A stretch of 63,326 nt of DNA, the filler included, from Gonapodya sp. JEL0774 (taxonomy: Eukaryota), in assembly GCA_027604505.1 (NCBI GenBank). It is 22 parts of 22 records of this genome, joined end to end, with 100 filler letters (N's around TTAATTAATTAA, not from the genome) between each part and the next. Parts side by side here need not be neighbours in the genome. Positions count along the whole stretch, not along the records: positions 37,583 to 40,360 come from JADIIX010001687.1; positions 40,461 to 43,237 come from JADIIX010001688.1; positions 43,338 to 46,113 come from JADIIX010001689.1; positions 46,214 to 48,987 come from JADIIX010001690.1; positions 49,088 to 51,860 come from JADIIX010001691.1; positions 51,961 to 54,731 come from JADIIX010001692.1; 16 more parts are not named here. The stretch is one strand, 5' to 3'. The position numbers were made by a program, and so were the translations under genes. The notes under the pieces are model-generated. The model was given only the letters and a program-made list of their open reading frames with translations. It did not search any database and was not told the origin of the DNA. Below are positions 37,583 through 51,961 of this stretch, one piece after another. The first letter of the stretch is position 1; every line of letters starts with the position of its first letter.

Positions 37583-38920
37583 AAACAGCACAAATCACAT
37601 ATGGAAGTTGGACCATCTGCCTTTGCCACTGCATGTGTATCATGATCAGGAGATAAGCACTATAAAATTTCAAGAATCAGTTAAACCCACTGCTTCTGAC
37701 ACTTCAAGGTACTCAGGACTTCCCTTGAACTTCTAGCTTTTTCAGACTTGACCTTAAATTTAGGGGCAGTGGGATTAACAAAGAAAATGTCTTGAGAATC
37801 CTTTGAGATCTTTGCATTCATGGATGCAGCACTGTCAGCTATCCTCAGGGGAGCACCCTTGTAGCAGACAAAAAAAGGCTGTCACCATTCACTCTAAGTC
37901 AAGGGAAAAATCACTCACCAGGGGGTGCAACAAAAAATGCTACAAGGGACAAGTGATACTCCAACTGAAGACACTGACAAGGACATCTATGTGCGAGACA
38001 AAGAGGAGTACATCATTGAGGGTGACGACAGGTTCCCACTGGTGGACCCAGCAAAACGTAGCAAGCTCAACCCAGCTGTTCACCCCAGTGCCCCGGGCCC
38101 TTCCCACACTCACACCAAGTGCACCAATACTGCCACACACACCACCCCAGGAGAAGTGGCTGCAGATACAACTATGGGGAACAGACGCCTCCCATTCTGA
38201 AAGCCCACTCCACCACCCCCGTCCATAGAACCACCGGTAGACACACAAACAGCCCCATCAGGCAGGTCACCAAACTCCGCACCAACTCCTGCACCATCAG
38301 GAGTGGTGACCATGACAGCTGTCCCCCCTTATATATTCCTCCATCCGTGGTTGCTCTGGGCTCCTCGCTCACGCAACATCCAGTTTCCCATATGAGCGAG
38401 GACAAACTCAACAGAGACAACTACCCCATCACCTTACAGAAAACAGCCCCCAACGCGCCAGCAACATCGACCCAACTGATGGTTTCTAACCAATCTGGGA
38501 GCAAGACAGGGGGCCAACCAGAAACTGGGTCACGCAGCCAAAAGCTCCAAGCCCAGACGGACAAGGCCGCAGGGAAAGACGCCTCTACAGGGGAAAGGGT
38601 AGACGAGGGGACACGAGCAAGAAAGGCGGAAAGAAGGGCCCCAAAGGGAATGGCAGCAAAGTTAAGAGCCAAGCACAACAGCAGTCAAACACCATAAATA
38701 CAAACCTCCCTTACACGTCAACTCACAACCCCAATAGAGAAATGAGTGCTGGTGCCACGCACGCACCCTTATCTACTGCGAACATACACTCAAACCAAAG
38801 GACCACCACCCTTTGCCTGCGACAAAACCTCGTACCCACAACTGACACAGAGCTGGAGCCCATCCCACTCTCAAACAATGATAGTGATGGAAGCGAGTAT
38901 GAACCGTGAAGACATCACCC
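37583..38920. other. CpG-poor, C/A-rich degenerate sequence, probably a decayed repeat or transposon hosting the copia insertion
   Basis: Broken frames, CpA/TpG excess especially at 37583-38200, no recognisable domain. Confidence 0.35.
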
Positions 38921-38925
38921 CATAG

Positions 38926-39058
38926 TGTTGGGTATATGTGATGTTGTGTGCGTGATTTGTGTACTATATATTTGTATGACAGACTGACGCACATAGATGA
39001 GTTTGCCAACGCGGGAGATACTAAGTTGTACACACAATATATTACCTGTATTCTAACA
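38926..39058 (+). repeat. 5' LTR (133 bp)
   Basis: Begins TGTTG, ends TAACA (imperfect inverted termini) and abuts the PBS; the partner LTR is not on this contig, so the left boundary is inferred. Confidence 0.7.
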
Positions 39059-39072
39059 GGTTATGAGCCCAG
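39059..39072 (+). promoter_or_regulatory. Primer-binding site of the copia type (internal part of initiator tRNA-Met)
   Basis: GGTTATGAGCCCAG directly after the LTR CA; the Drosophila copia PBS is GGTTATGGGCCCAG. Confidence 0.85.
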
Positions 39073-40766
39073 GACAATAAGGATTGTCCCAATTGGAATA
39101 CAGGAGAATCACCTCAAGTGATTCTCTTCGTTTTCCCCCTCGCTGCAACTTCACTTCGTACCCACATCATTCTCTCGCAGCCATGACCACTGAGGTCAAA
39201 TCAACAGACATTCTCAAATTGCTCAAGGTACTTATGCCGGCGAATGGTGGAATCGCGGACTATAAACGTTGGAGAAGTGGGACGGAATTGGTGTTGTGTC
39301 TCCACGAGTTGGAAGACCACGTATTGGGATACAAGATGCCTTCAGGGCAACCTGTAGATATAATGAAAATTCCATCAATTGCTGGAGGAGCATCAGGCAC
39401 TGGGGGACTGGTCAAATTGCGGATTCCACAGTAGGACCAGCCACAGACACAACCGCGAAACTCGACAAATCTGTCTGCATTGCCCTCCTCATAACTGTCA
39501 ACCTCACTATTCGTGACAGGATGGACAATGCGGTGAAAGTGGGAACAACGATGGACGTGTGGAAGTGGATGGAACAGACGTATATGGTTGTGAGTGTCGC
39601 GGCGAAACAAAACACAATGAAGGAGTGGAACTCTGTCATGGCCACCGGAGAGACAACAGACAAGTATGATCAGGAGTTCTGGATGAAGTACAAGGAGTAC
39701 AAGGCAATGGGCGGAGAGCCAGATGCCGGAACAATCTCCCTTGTCTACCTCGAAGGCATCCAAGACGCCTACCTCCCCATTTACAGCAAATACGCCTTCA
39801 ACGCAACAATTGGCCTCAATCATGTGAAAACAGCAATGCGCATCCACAAAAATAAGGTCAAACGGCACGCGTCGGCCAATCTCGCAACAAAAGCACCAGG
39901 AATGAAGGCAAACCCCTCTGTTTGCAACCCCACGATCAAGTGTTGGAACTGTGGCTACCTGGGCCACATTGCAACTTGATGCCGGGCCTTGTGCGTTGTG
40001 TGTGGGGACCCGAAACATAAGTCACAAGAATGTCCAGAGAAAACCGCAAAGAACAACAAACCGACAGCGAATACAGCTGAAACCTGGATGAAAAGCACAA
40101 ATGGAAGGAAGACAAGGATGATAGACGTCCCAATCGATGCTAATGTTGTATTTGAGTACCTGAATACAGATGATGCGAGCTACACCTGTGCAAGCGCAGA
40201 CCAAAATGAAAAAACGAACGAAAGTCCGAGGTGACACCTCAGACCAGCACATTCCATGGTAACTTCCAACTTGGGAGTTGTTCAGCGGTTTCAATTCACT
40301 TGTTCGAACACGTCGTACAGAAAAAGCGTAATCTAGTTTATCCGACGACCATAGCACCGTNNNNNNNNNNNNNNNNNNNNNNNNNNNNNNNNNNNNNNNN
40401 NNNNTTAATTAATTAANNNNNNNNNNNNNNNNNNNNNNNNNNNNNNNNNNNNNNNNNNNNGTAGCCGCACTATTGGTGGCTGTCACCCGAATGAGGGAAA
40501 CTCGCTAAGTCAATGCCTGCAGTGCAATTTTGGACTTCAGTATAAAATTTATACGTAATCTAAGTATATTGGTTATTTATCGGTCGCTCGGTCTTCAGTA
40601 ACACTATATTGTGTAAAGATGGTCGAAGATGCAGCAGGTGCCCGCTCTAGAGCTTGATCAAACTTGGATTCAAGCGGTTCAATTGATAGAATTATCTCAA
40701 ATTTCATGCAACAAATTTCGTATCGCATGGTGTTCACATAGCACAAGGCTCCATTGACTGATTTTG

Positions 40767-42681
40767 CTACCGGTCCACGACTTCAGCTTCTATCCAACCC
40801 TTCACGATTTTGCCAAGCCGAATACCACCCTCCTTGAGTTTGTCCTCCGGGTAAAATGCGAAACACAAGCGAATGCAATTGTCCTTGGTCTTTGAAACGG
40901 AGAAAGTGTCACCAGGCGCAAAAGAAACGTAAACATCTGAGGTGCAAAGCGTTTGAGATCCCAATTGAAAGGTGGAAGAAGAGCTTGTGGAATCCAGTGG
41001 GTGGTCCTTCCGGGCAACCTTGAGCCAGGCCCATAGTTTCGAAGAGGAGAAATTTGCCGGACCAATAAGCCATGCAAAATATCCACCGGTAGGTTCAGTG
41101 ACAAGACTGGTGGAAGCGGTTTGTGAGTCGCGTGCAATGCAGTCATATTCACATATCTTGCCGATGGGACAACATACCGAAAGCCCTGCTTTACTGCCCA
41201 GTTCTCAGACAGCCAAGCAAATCCTTCCAGCATGGCCTTGCATCGACTTCGCAACTTCTCACGAGTCCACGCTACGTGAGGTTCAAAAGCGCCTGATCCC
41301 ATGAGATGCGAGACTATGTTGGCTGTAAAGCTGATGTTCCGAAGGTAAATTGGGAATGCTGTGCTTGGAAGGTCGAAAAACTTGCTTACTGCTGTGGTGC
41401 CCCGCCGCTCTCATTTATTCCACTCCCCGCGATCCGTTTGATGATCTCCGTAGCGCTTTCAATCCAGCCCATTCGTAACCCTGGGCCGAGCAGCTTGCTG
41501 AAGGATTGCAATGAGATAACGGTCCCAGGAGTGCGAAGCATGTCCGCGCGTGGAAGTCGCAAATCATAAGAAAGAAGTCGAGGAGGAGGTTTGCATGCCG
41601 GGTCGTGAGGAAGCGTCTGGTAGACATCTGCAAGTAGACGTAAATCGATGAAACCATTTACTATTCGCTTATCAACTTGTACCAGGCCTCACCATCTGAG
41701 ATAACCAAGACCTCATACTGCCTTGCTATTCGTACTAGCTCAATTCTCTGTTGTCCTGATAAGGTGATACCTGAAGGGTTGCTGTACTACGTTATCATAC
41801 GTGGGATCAGTCCGATGGTGAATGAACGGGTGGGATAAACTGTCGCTCACGGTGGGACAGAGATAGAGCACAAAATCATATCGGTGCGTCTCCCAGCGGG
41901 GCATTTGTTGGTTCGCTACCTTGGCATTGCGAGCAAAGTCGGTGCGAAACTGCAACAACTTTCTCTCAAATTCATCCAGTTTGATCCCTCGGTCGTCTGT
42001 CCCCACAGATTCCGTTCTGAGTGCGTGGTCGTCAAACACGAGTAAAGCAAGAAAGTATCTGAAAGCGTTTGGATTGACGTCATCTGGTTTCGGACGAAAC
42101 GTCCATGAGCGTGCTGGTAGGACTCACGTTGGATCCTCCGCGAATATAATAGTGTCCCGGTGGGTAAAGAGAGTCAGGACTTCGGATAGTCCACCTGGAA
42201 AAAGGGATACCACCATGAAGGCTGTCATAACCTTGTGGAAGCGGTTCAATCTATACTTGTCTGACCTGTGCATCCTGTTGTCACCACCAGGTTTTCAACG
42301 GGAACGGGTTCATCATATTCTTTCGTCAACCAGTTGGCGAGATGCGAAAGAAATGCTCCATCTCCTTGTAACGGTCCATCTGAGAATCAGAACCAGAATT
42401 CGCAGATCGGCTCGTCGATCATTCTGCCATTGAGACTCAATCATACGAATGAAGGAGCTCTCACACTGCAGGGCATTCACCCCGTCACTTCCCATAATCA
42501 TTTTTGTCGCCGCATCGGCGATCGCCTCTCTCCCTCTGTCCAAAAGTTCATCACCCGGTCCTCCGACTCGAAAGTCAATCACAGGGCTCCCAAAAACGTG
42601 ATCGAATAGCGTGCGAAGCTCAGATGCATGTGGTGAAGAAGGAGTCTCGAACTCCACGGTGGATGATGGGTTCTCGGTCAT
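40767..42681 (-). CDS. PLP-dependent class I/II aminotransferase (Aro8/YER152C/MocR-like), multi-exon
   Basis: ALQ|YGP.QGD; IFAEDPT|YFLA; VLYLCPT|FSNPSG; VISDDVY; SFSKLLGPGLRMGW (PLP lysine); CIRLCFAFY. Confidence 0.9.
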
Positions 42682-43626
42682 TATTGGATCATAGAGTTCA
42701 AGTTGAGGCTGGTGTAATGTCTGGCCGCGAGTAAAGATCACCCCAGCTGTCTTCGTGAAAGAGCTTCTTTATCGCAAATCCACCTCTACTGTCCATAATA
42801 CTCTCGCGTCCGTCTCTACATCTACCACCCAGCAACCCCCATGTCTCTTTACTCGTTCTGGGTCTCTATCAAATGTATTGGAGGTGGAAACGAGACCGCC
42901 AAATGACAGAGGCGTGGAGGCATCTAAGACATGTCAAAACAAAAGCATATGCAAATTAGCGTTCGCTCGCCAAGTATAGTTTAAGTGTGGCTTGAAACGC
43001 ACCCAGATTCCATTTGAGACCAGCTGTCACTGTGGTCGCAGAAGAGACGCCTATCGGTATGAGTCCACATGTAGGGCCTTCCACGGCTGGTGAGCAGACG
43101 ATGCGGTGTTTACCCTTCCCAAGGTACCATCAATCAGCATTGCTGGCATTGCACATATGAGGGACTTCACGACCCACCATGTCCAAAAGAAACGCAATAC
43201 TGTCCTCCGACACCAAAAACACTTGCCGATGGTCAGGNNNNNNNNNNNNNNNNNNNNNNNNNNNNNNNNNNNNNNNNNNNNTTAATTAATTAANNNNNNN
43301 NNNNNNNNNNNNNNNNNNNNNNNNNNNNNNNNNNNNNAGCAGCTGAACGACGGAAGATGAGAATTTCCTGATAGCTTTCGATTGTGAGGGCATTGTGGCA
43401 AAGATATGGATGGGTGCCGCCGTATGCATTTACGTTCAGGTGTCTTGGAGTGTGCCAGGGCCAACTCTTCGCATTTCATTTCTCCGCGCTTCCGCATGTA
43501 TCAATTCTTCAATGGGGTTCAGATTGGCCAGCTTTAGTCCGTTTGGATATGCTATGTACTAAGTTTAATGACCTTACTATCTAATGAGCAATCAGAAGAA
43601 CGGAGGAACCCCTTCTAGAGACATAT

Positions 43627-44782
43627 TCACTTCATCAGCACAATGCCAGGAGGGGGCCACACTCTCGGCTCCGTGCTCAACCATAAAGCCTCTCCTTCTG
43701 TGTCTTCTACAGGCTCATATATCTTTCTCACCAGGGGATCATGTCCTGGGATCACCCGCTGCCAATCTCCGCCTGCCAGGGTGACGCAAGTGTGCCAGCC
43801 TTGACACATGTCGAGGACCGACAAGACAATGGAGAAGGGATTGGTAGTGCTAGGAGTGTGAAGTGCAGTTGAGAAGCCCAGTCGACGGCAGCACCACGGT
43901 GATCTATTTAGAACTCACGTCACATTCTCATAGAAATGCAAAGCATCACTCGCAAGCACCACCCAGCCCCTCTTCGTTGAGACTCGAACCACTTGAAGAC
44001 CACCAGTATGCCCACCAATTCTATGAACGCTCACTCCGGGGCGAATCTCATCCTCTACTGGCACCCCAGCTCTTGTCACCAAGCCACTGTTCTTGTTGGG
44101 ATCGTGAAACGCAACTCTGCCGGCAAACAACAAAGAAACCATGTCCTTGACGTGAACTTCATCGAACGCGCCACGCAAGGGGGCGTGGAGCATAGCGCGA
44201 GACGTAATGTACGAGAGTTCCGAGTCTTGAACGTGAAATCGTGCCCGGGGAAAGGAGGGAAGACAGCCACCATGGTCTTCAAGTATATGGCATGCAATGC
44301 GCCAGAATGAGCCCAGTACAGTTGGTCACAATGAAAGGGGGTCTATCAGTCAGAACGTGATGCCCCCCTATTGCGCCTGCAGTTCCTACCATAATGCATA
44401 TGAGTCACAATCACATCCTCCACCACCTCAGCATCCACTCCCACCAATTTGAGCGCCTCGGGTACCGTCCTAAGTACCTCTCTTCCCCTTCTCTTGGCTG
44501 TTTCGTCCCCAAATCCAGTGTCCACAACAATCGGCGCCTGGGCTCCCGTGGGGTCTACAATGGCCCATACGTGAAACTTCAACCCATGCAAGTTCAGATT
44601 GGATCACGTTGATTCAGATTTGCGGGTAAACTCACGTCCAATGGTCCGTTGCTTTCGTGATCGGCAGGCTCTGATATGAAATTGTTTCTCCGCGGTCGAT
44701 CGGTGTACGCGTACCTGCAGGCGTATACTTCGTACTGGGGAAAGTCAGAAGCAGAAACAACGGATGGGGGCAGGAGAGTCAT
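43627..44782 (-). CDS. N-acyl-homoserine lactonase family metallo-beta-lactamase-fold hydrolase, complete, 4 exons
   Basis: YEVYACRYA; IVVDTGF; THMHY|DHGG (HxHxDH split by intron 44277-44389); FPRARFHVQDSE; IGGHTGGLQVVRV; VVLASDALHFYEN; VIPGHDP. Confidence 0.9.
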
Positions 44783-45345
44783 GATCTTTTGGAGAACCCT
44801 GTTCGGTTCGGTTTGACATAAGCCGGCGGAGCTTTCGAGGGCGCCACATGAAAGAAGCTCATCCGTCCGATTTGCAATTTTGTCTATGTGTGTGACGGAC
44901 AATTCATCACATTCTGTCTATTGACCCCCTGTATACTCAAGTTAGTTTGTTGCAGGCATCTGTCTGGCGAGGCAGAGTATGCAGAAAATTTGCCGCACCC
45001 ACCGACAACCGACGTGGAGCATGCAAACTTCTGCGATCCGTAGGGTAAAATTAATCTTCTACGTTGCCACAACTGGAGCTCGAATTCCGTCTTTCCGTAT
45101 GTTTTGACAATGTTCCCGGTTTGGTTTACATACGTAATCGAACTGTTTTGCCGCCCCAACGCACGTAAAACAACTGCCAGCCGGGGTGGGTGAAATCTAG
45201 AAAGTTGATGACTGCATACTCGGCTTTTTCATATATACGAGTGTTTACATAATAGAGACTAGGGTGTTGTTTTATGACATGTTCATCTGTAAGGAGTTCG
45301 CCATTTGCGTATGCTTGCCCCGTGTTCCGTCGCAGGAATTTTCGT

Positions 45346-46113
45346 TTAGTCGTCTTCTGTGAAATCGCCATATCTCCACATGGCTCTCTGCAAAACGAAC
45401 ACGCATTTCTGAGACGTTGCATCTGACATGATGAGACAAATATACATAAAAATACTCACATGTGCCTTCCGCGCGTCCTCCATCGCCTCAACGAGTGCAG
45501 CCACCGGCCCTTTAGTACCTTCAGCCTTTTTAAGCCATGTTTTCTCAACAACTGCAAGTCCTTCCCTGACAATCTCGGCATTTACACTGATCTTCGCGAT
45601 GGAAGTTGCGTCTGCCTTGCCACTCGTTACCGATTTGGGATCGTAGAGGAGGACAGACGGAGGTGTAGCTTTGCTGACTACAAGGGCACCAAGCTCACGA
45701 CTCTCAAGGAGCTTCCGGAGTTTTTGATAAGCATCGTCACCGTAGTCCTCGTTTTGTGCTGGTACCTTCACGTACGCCAGCTTGCACTCTCTTGCTTGAG
45801 CAGCCAAGTGGTTAAGGCCATGCTCCGCTGGTAGATGACGGATTTGAGACGCAGGTAGTGATTCAGAGTTGCCGTAATCAATGTAAAGAACCTCGTACGT
45901 TTTGTCGGGATTGATGCGGCGGACTTTGGCACGGTACCACTGGTTGTCAGCGCTGTAGCGACATGCGACCAGCTCGTTGCTTTTGGGCCTGATTTGTTGG
46001 AAGTAAATGAAAAGACAAGGGTTCTGTGTCAATTGAAAACAACACTAACTACTATCACGACTTTCAGGGACTCACCTGTACTCGTCGACTCCATTCCGAA
46101 CTCCTTTACCGTC
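45346..46113 (-). CDS. SND1: Tudor staphylococcal nuclease, C-terminal part (Tudor and SN5)
   Basis: LVACRYSADNQWYRAKV..VLYIDYGNSE; SVNAEIVREGLA; C-terminus AMWRYGDFTEDD*. Confidence 0.95.
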
Positions 46114-46213
46114 NNNNNNNNNNNNNNNNNNNNNNNNNNNNNNNNNNNNNNNNNNNNTTAATTAATTAANNNNNNNNNNNNNNNNNNNNNNNNNNNNNNN
46201 NNNNNNNNNNNNN

Positions 46214-47925
<1,712 letters not shown>

Positions 47926-48142
47926 ACAGTGGGCTTCTAGTTGTTGGTGTTGTTGCTTGACTGGCGATGTTTTGTCATATGCAATACGTGTAGAGCAGTG
48001 CGCTTAATTCGAGGAGAATATACACGAATCTCCAATTGATATTTCGTGCGCCGTTCCATTATTCGAAAAGTTCGGGGCGAATAGATATGCTACATATGTC
48101 GGCGTTGAATGCACAAATACGTATAACCGAAATCAAATATTG

Positions 48143-48987
48143 ATGCCAGGAGGAATCATCTAGTGAGATAAATACGCAGACGCCAGAGATATTCTCATCG
48201 TGATTCTGATCGTCGTTGGCCATTGGACTGCTGTTCACGCTAGTTCGCTCGTGTCGCGAGGTCCAGTGATTCTCGCAGAGTTCGCCACCTCCAGTGGCAA
48301 TTTCCAAGTTGTAACTCAGCGCATATTGGAGAAGATTCCGACTGGGGATTCTAAGTTGACTTACGTATACGATCGGTATGTGTGGAGGTTTCACGATTGG
48401 CGATTGCGGTTGCATCATGAGGGAATCCATCCCAGACTAAAATTCGACACTGTGGAGCTTTCAACCGAGAAAGCTGGGAATCCGGGATGGACTAAGCGGA
48501 ACTCAAGGACTGAGTTGAGAGGGAGGAGGATCAGAAGGATGGTTGAGGACGGCTCAAAATGGGCGACAGGACGGCTTAAAGACGGCTCAAAATGTGGAAC
48601 AGCGTCTTCTATCCACGACAGTTTCCCATCATGCAGCACGACGAAGCGCCCTTGTGTGGAACCGTGGGGGTCATACCGCAAATTTTGTGACCCAGAGGCT
48701 ACTCTTGCAGATATCTGTTCCACTATATCTCAAAAAATGGAATTGTCTACATGTGCATGGCGGACGACTCCTTCGGTGCGGCCTTCGCTTCGCTTTTTAT
48801 TGGCCACGAGATCCGCGCACATAATCACTGATAAACTACAGGCCGGCGCATACCGTTCGCTTTCCTCGAAGATATCAAATCCAAATTCGAGATGGAAGCA
48901 GGTGATGCCTCTCAGTCCGCACCACCATATGGTCTGCAGGCGTTTTCAAAAGTATTGGAGCAGCAAATGGTGAGTGGGAACTTATCT
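48143..48987 (+). CDS. VAMP7: Longin-domain R-SNARE, VAMP7-like, 3' truncated
   Basis: Spliced MPGGIIYSLVSRGPVILAEF..GNFQVVTQRILEKIP..KLTYVYDRYLFHYI..GIVYMCMADDSFGRRIPFAFLEDIKSKF. Confidence 0.9.
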
Positions 48988-49087
48988 NNNNNNNNNNNNN
49001 NNNNNNNNNNNNNNNNNNNNNNNNNNNNNNNTTAATTAATTAANNNNNNNNNNNNNNNNNNNNNNNNNNNNNNNNNNNNNNNNNNNN

Positions 49088-50062
49088 CAAGCCGTAAATA
49101 AACCCTCACCATGAACCTTCTCGGCTTTATCCGCCAAATCTTCCCTTGTTGAAATATAGTAGAATGCATTCGCAGTCTGGTGGACTCTGAATGGAGTTTC
49201 CTCCGCGTGGCGCTTTTCAAGGAGGAACTGCTCGTTGAACGAAACGTTATGGGGTCGTAAAAAGAGCAGTTTCCTCGTTACTCGAAAACAGCCTGTTGTT
49301 ATATAACACCAAGACCTCGTAACTCACCTCCTTCATGCCTTGCTTTCTGTTGCATCCCATGAACTTGGAACGCGCGTCCTTAGTCCTGCATGCGTTACAG
49401 TATCGGACCCCACGCCAGATGGAGTAATCCGAGCGGTTCTCCAGGCAGAAAAAGCACTCCTTGCGCGTGCTAACCACGTGAGTGGGCCTATTCAGTGCAG
49501 AGAATCGAGAATCATTTCAAAATCACGACTGGGGTCCACCCTGTGAAGAAATGGAAGGCACACTCACGATACTTTGATCCGTTTGGCACTGCTCCCACTA
49601 TGGTAGTTATTTTCGTCTTCGACGGCGCGCTTGAGCTTCGGAGTAACCGGCGCGTGTAAGGAAGATGTCCCCTCGACCTTGACCTTGGCGAGTTGATTTG
49701 ACCGGGACGAAGGTGACTAACGCCCGAAAGGCACCACGTCATCATCAATAGCCATACATCCACCATTTGGGGGCAAGAGGAAACGTCAGAACCGATATTA
49801 GAACTGATCGCTGATCACCTACGGAAGCAGACTCTCTCGCTATCACTGGGTGGATGCTGGATTTTCTATCTTTAATCCATGAGTTGTGATCGACCATCTC
49901 CTTTTCTCGCTTGTCCGGCCTGGGTGTCACAGTGGAGGAAGTGGTTCCATCGTCGACCAATAGCTCCGATTTACGGTTTAGCAAACGGATCGACCAGTCC
50001 AGTTTTGACTTTTGATAAGAAGATCCAATTTTTGATGACGACGGTGTCATCGAAAAAGCCAT
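49088..50062 (-). CDS. Hypothetical multi-exon protein with a CxxC..CxxC motif, 3' truncated; model uncertain
   Basis: Exon-like blocks including KECFFCLENRSDYSIWRGVRYCNACR bounded by GT-AG sites. Confidence 0.35.
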
Positions 50063-50440
50063 CGCGATGGAAAGATTCGGCGGCGGCGTTCCAGCCTCTC
50101 TTGTCGCCGTCGTGCACGGTGCAAGACCAGGCGACTGTGTCGTGGGGTGTTGTGCGAAGATTACATCTTGGCGCTACTTCTGAACGATATTATTTCACAA
50201 AGAGTCTCGAATGCATGCATATATGAATGTACAAGATGCTATCTCTTGATCAAAAACGTTCCGCTTCATCCACCAAAACTTGGACGAGTCCCATTCATTC
50301 CATAATCACAGTTTTAAGACACAGCTGATTCTCCGCCGCGGATTCCGCTATGAAAGAAAGCCGCAATATTTTGCAACTCGCCAAACGTTTCACGTACCAT
50401 GAAACCGTACTTGCCACCAATTCACTCCATGTTCACCAAT

Positions 50441-51860
50441 TTACGCAGTGGCGGGTTCCCCTCCACCGTTCACACCGAGCAGCGCTAGAAGATCTTCCAG
50501 CCGAGCTAGAGACGAAATGCTTGAATTATTTCACGAGCACCACCATTCCACAGGCACTCACCTTCCCTCGCTTTCTCCGCACTAAGCTGACTCTCCCCGG
50601 ACCGGTTTCCAAAAGCTTGCTTCACCAGCGCACGCTTCCGCTTCTGGATTTCGATCACCCGGTCCTCAACGGTGCCGCTGACTACGAAGCGGAAGACAGA
50701 TACCGGGCGGGACTGTCCGAGGCGGTAACATCGGTCCACGGCTTGATCCTACGTGTATATGTAGTGTTTTGCCGATAAAACGTGAATTGGATATTTAAGT
50801 CAATGAACGGGTTGGTAGATCTAGCAAGTACAACTGTGAGCTCCTCACTTCGATTGAAGGATTCCACCAAGGATCAACGAGGAACACTTGAGACGCAGCA
50901 GTTAAGTTCAGCCCTGTTTCAAGTACAGCATATCTTAGTCCCAGGACAGAGGTGGAGCGCAACATCAGCTGCGAGAGTGCTCACCAAGACCGCCGCTCTT
51001 CAGCGTACTCAAAAAAACGTTGCAAGCTGGATCTGAGGTGAAGGTTTTGATACTCGCCTCCCTTTTTTTGCGGTTCATTGATCCATCAAAGCGAGTGAAC
51101 CTTTGAACATTGGTAGATGAGAATGACATGTTAAACGTTCCAATGAGATCGCCGAACATCCGAGAGACTCACTGGATACCGTTTTTCCTCATTGCAGGTT
51201 CCATCAAGTCAAGCATCGACGACCACTGCGAAAAGATAATGGTCTTAATCGATGGATCCCTTGCACGCCTGTACTCGCAGAAATGCACGACCGTGACAAT
51301 ATTGTCATAGAACTCGAACTGGGAGGATATCAGCCTGCTCACGTTGTTCGGAGAAATCCCATCACAGCTGATATGAAAGAGTTATCATGCGGATATACAG
51401 TGAACTACTATGACTCGAATCACACCCACCTTCAATCTTCGAACTCGATTTGTACTCCTCACTTGGAGCTTCCGAGGTCCCACCAACTTCTGCACCATCA
51501 TCTCCAGCTTCCGTATCTTGTTCGGGTTCCGTTGGCAGGGGAATCTGGTCTCCGAGCACCAGCTCCCGACGACACATCGGGCATTTGCCAGCTGTTTGGA
51601 TGACTTTCGTGATGCACGCTTTGCAGAAGAAGTGGGCGCATCTTGTCACAACAGGCTCAGCCATACTGCGAGATAGGAAAACTTTAAAATTCGTGAAAAC
51701 TGTTGAACCCCAGCCAACCGCGATCCGGAACCCACGAGTCGAGACAGACAGGACAGTCTTCAGATTCATTTGATTTCAAAATAACGACAAGTCGCCGAAT
51801 TTCCGGATCTTGAGATGAAATGATTTGCGACTAAATTATGACATTCAAGTGAACTAGCCC
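50441..51860 (-). CDS. RING-containing SNF2 helicase (Rad5/HLTF-like), C-terminal part
   Basis: [94 protein letters not shown]. Confidence 0.93.
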
Positions 51861-51961
51861 NNNNNNNNNNNNNNNNNNNNNNNNNNNNNNNNNNNNNNNN
51901 NNNNTTAATTAATTAANNNNNNNNNNNNNNNNNNNNNNNNNNNNNNNNNNNNNNNNNNNNT

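Larger units (their letters stand above)
38926..40360 (+). mobile_element. Degenerate Ty1/copia LTR retrotransposon, 5' part (LTR, PBS, gag, start of protease)
   Basis: TGTTG..TAACA-bounded LTR immediately followed by GGTTATGAGCCCAG; gag-like DYKRWRSGTELVLCLHEL; two CCHC knuckles CWNCGYLGHIAT*C and CVVCGDPKHKSQEC; one frameshift and one in-frame stop. Confidence 0.88.

Noticed and set aside
21424..44782. ABM, LOX-like, SDR, SGNH, aminotransferase and lactonase genes as one pathway island
   Set aside because: They lie on different contigs placed together only by length sorting
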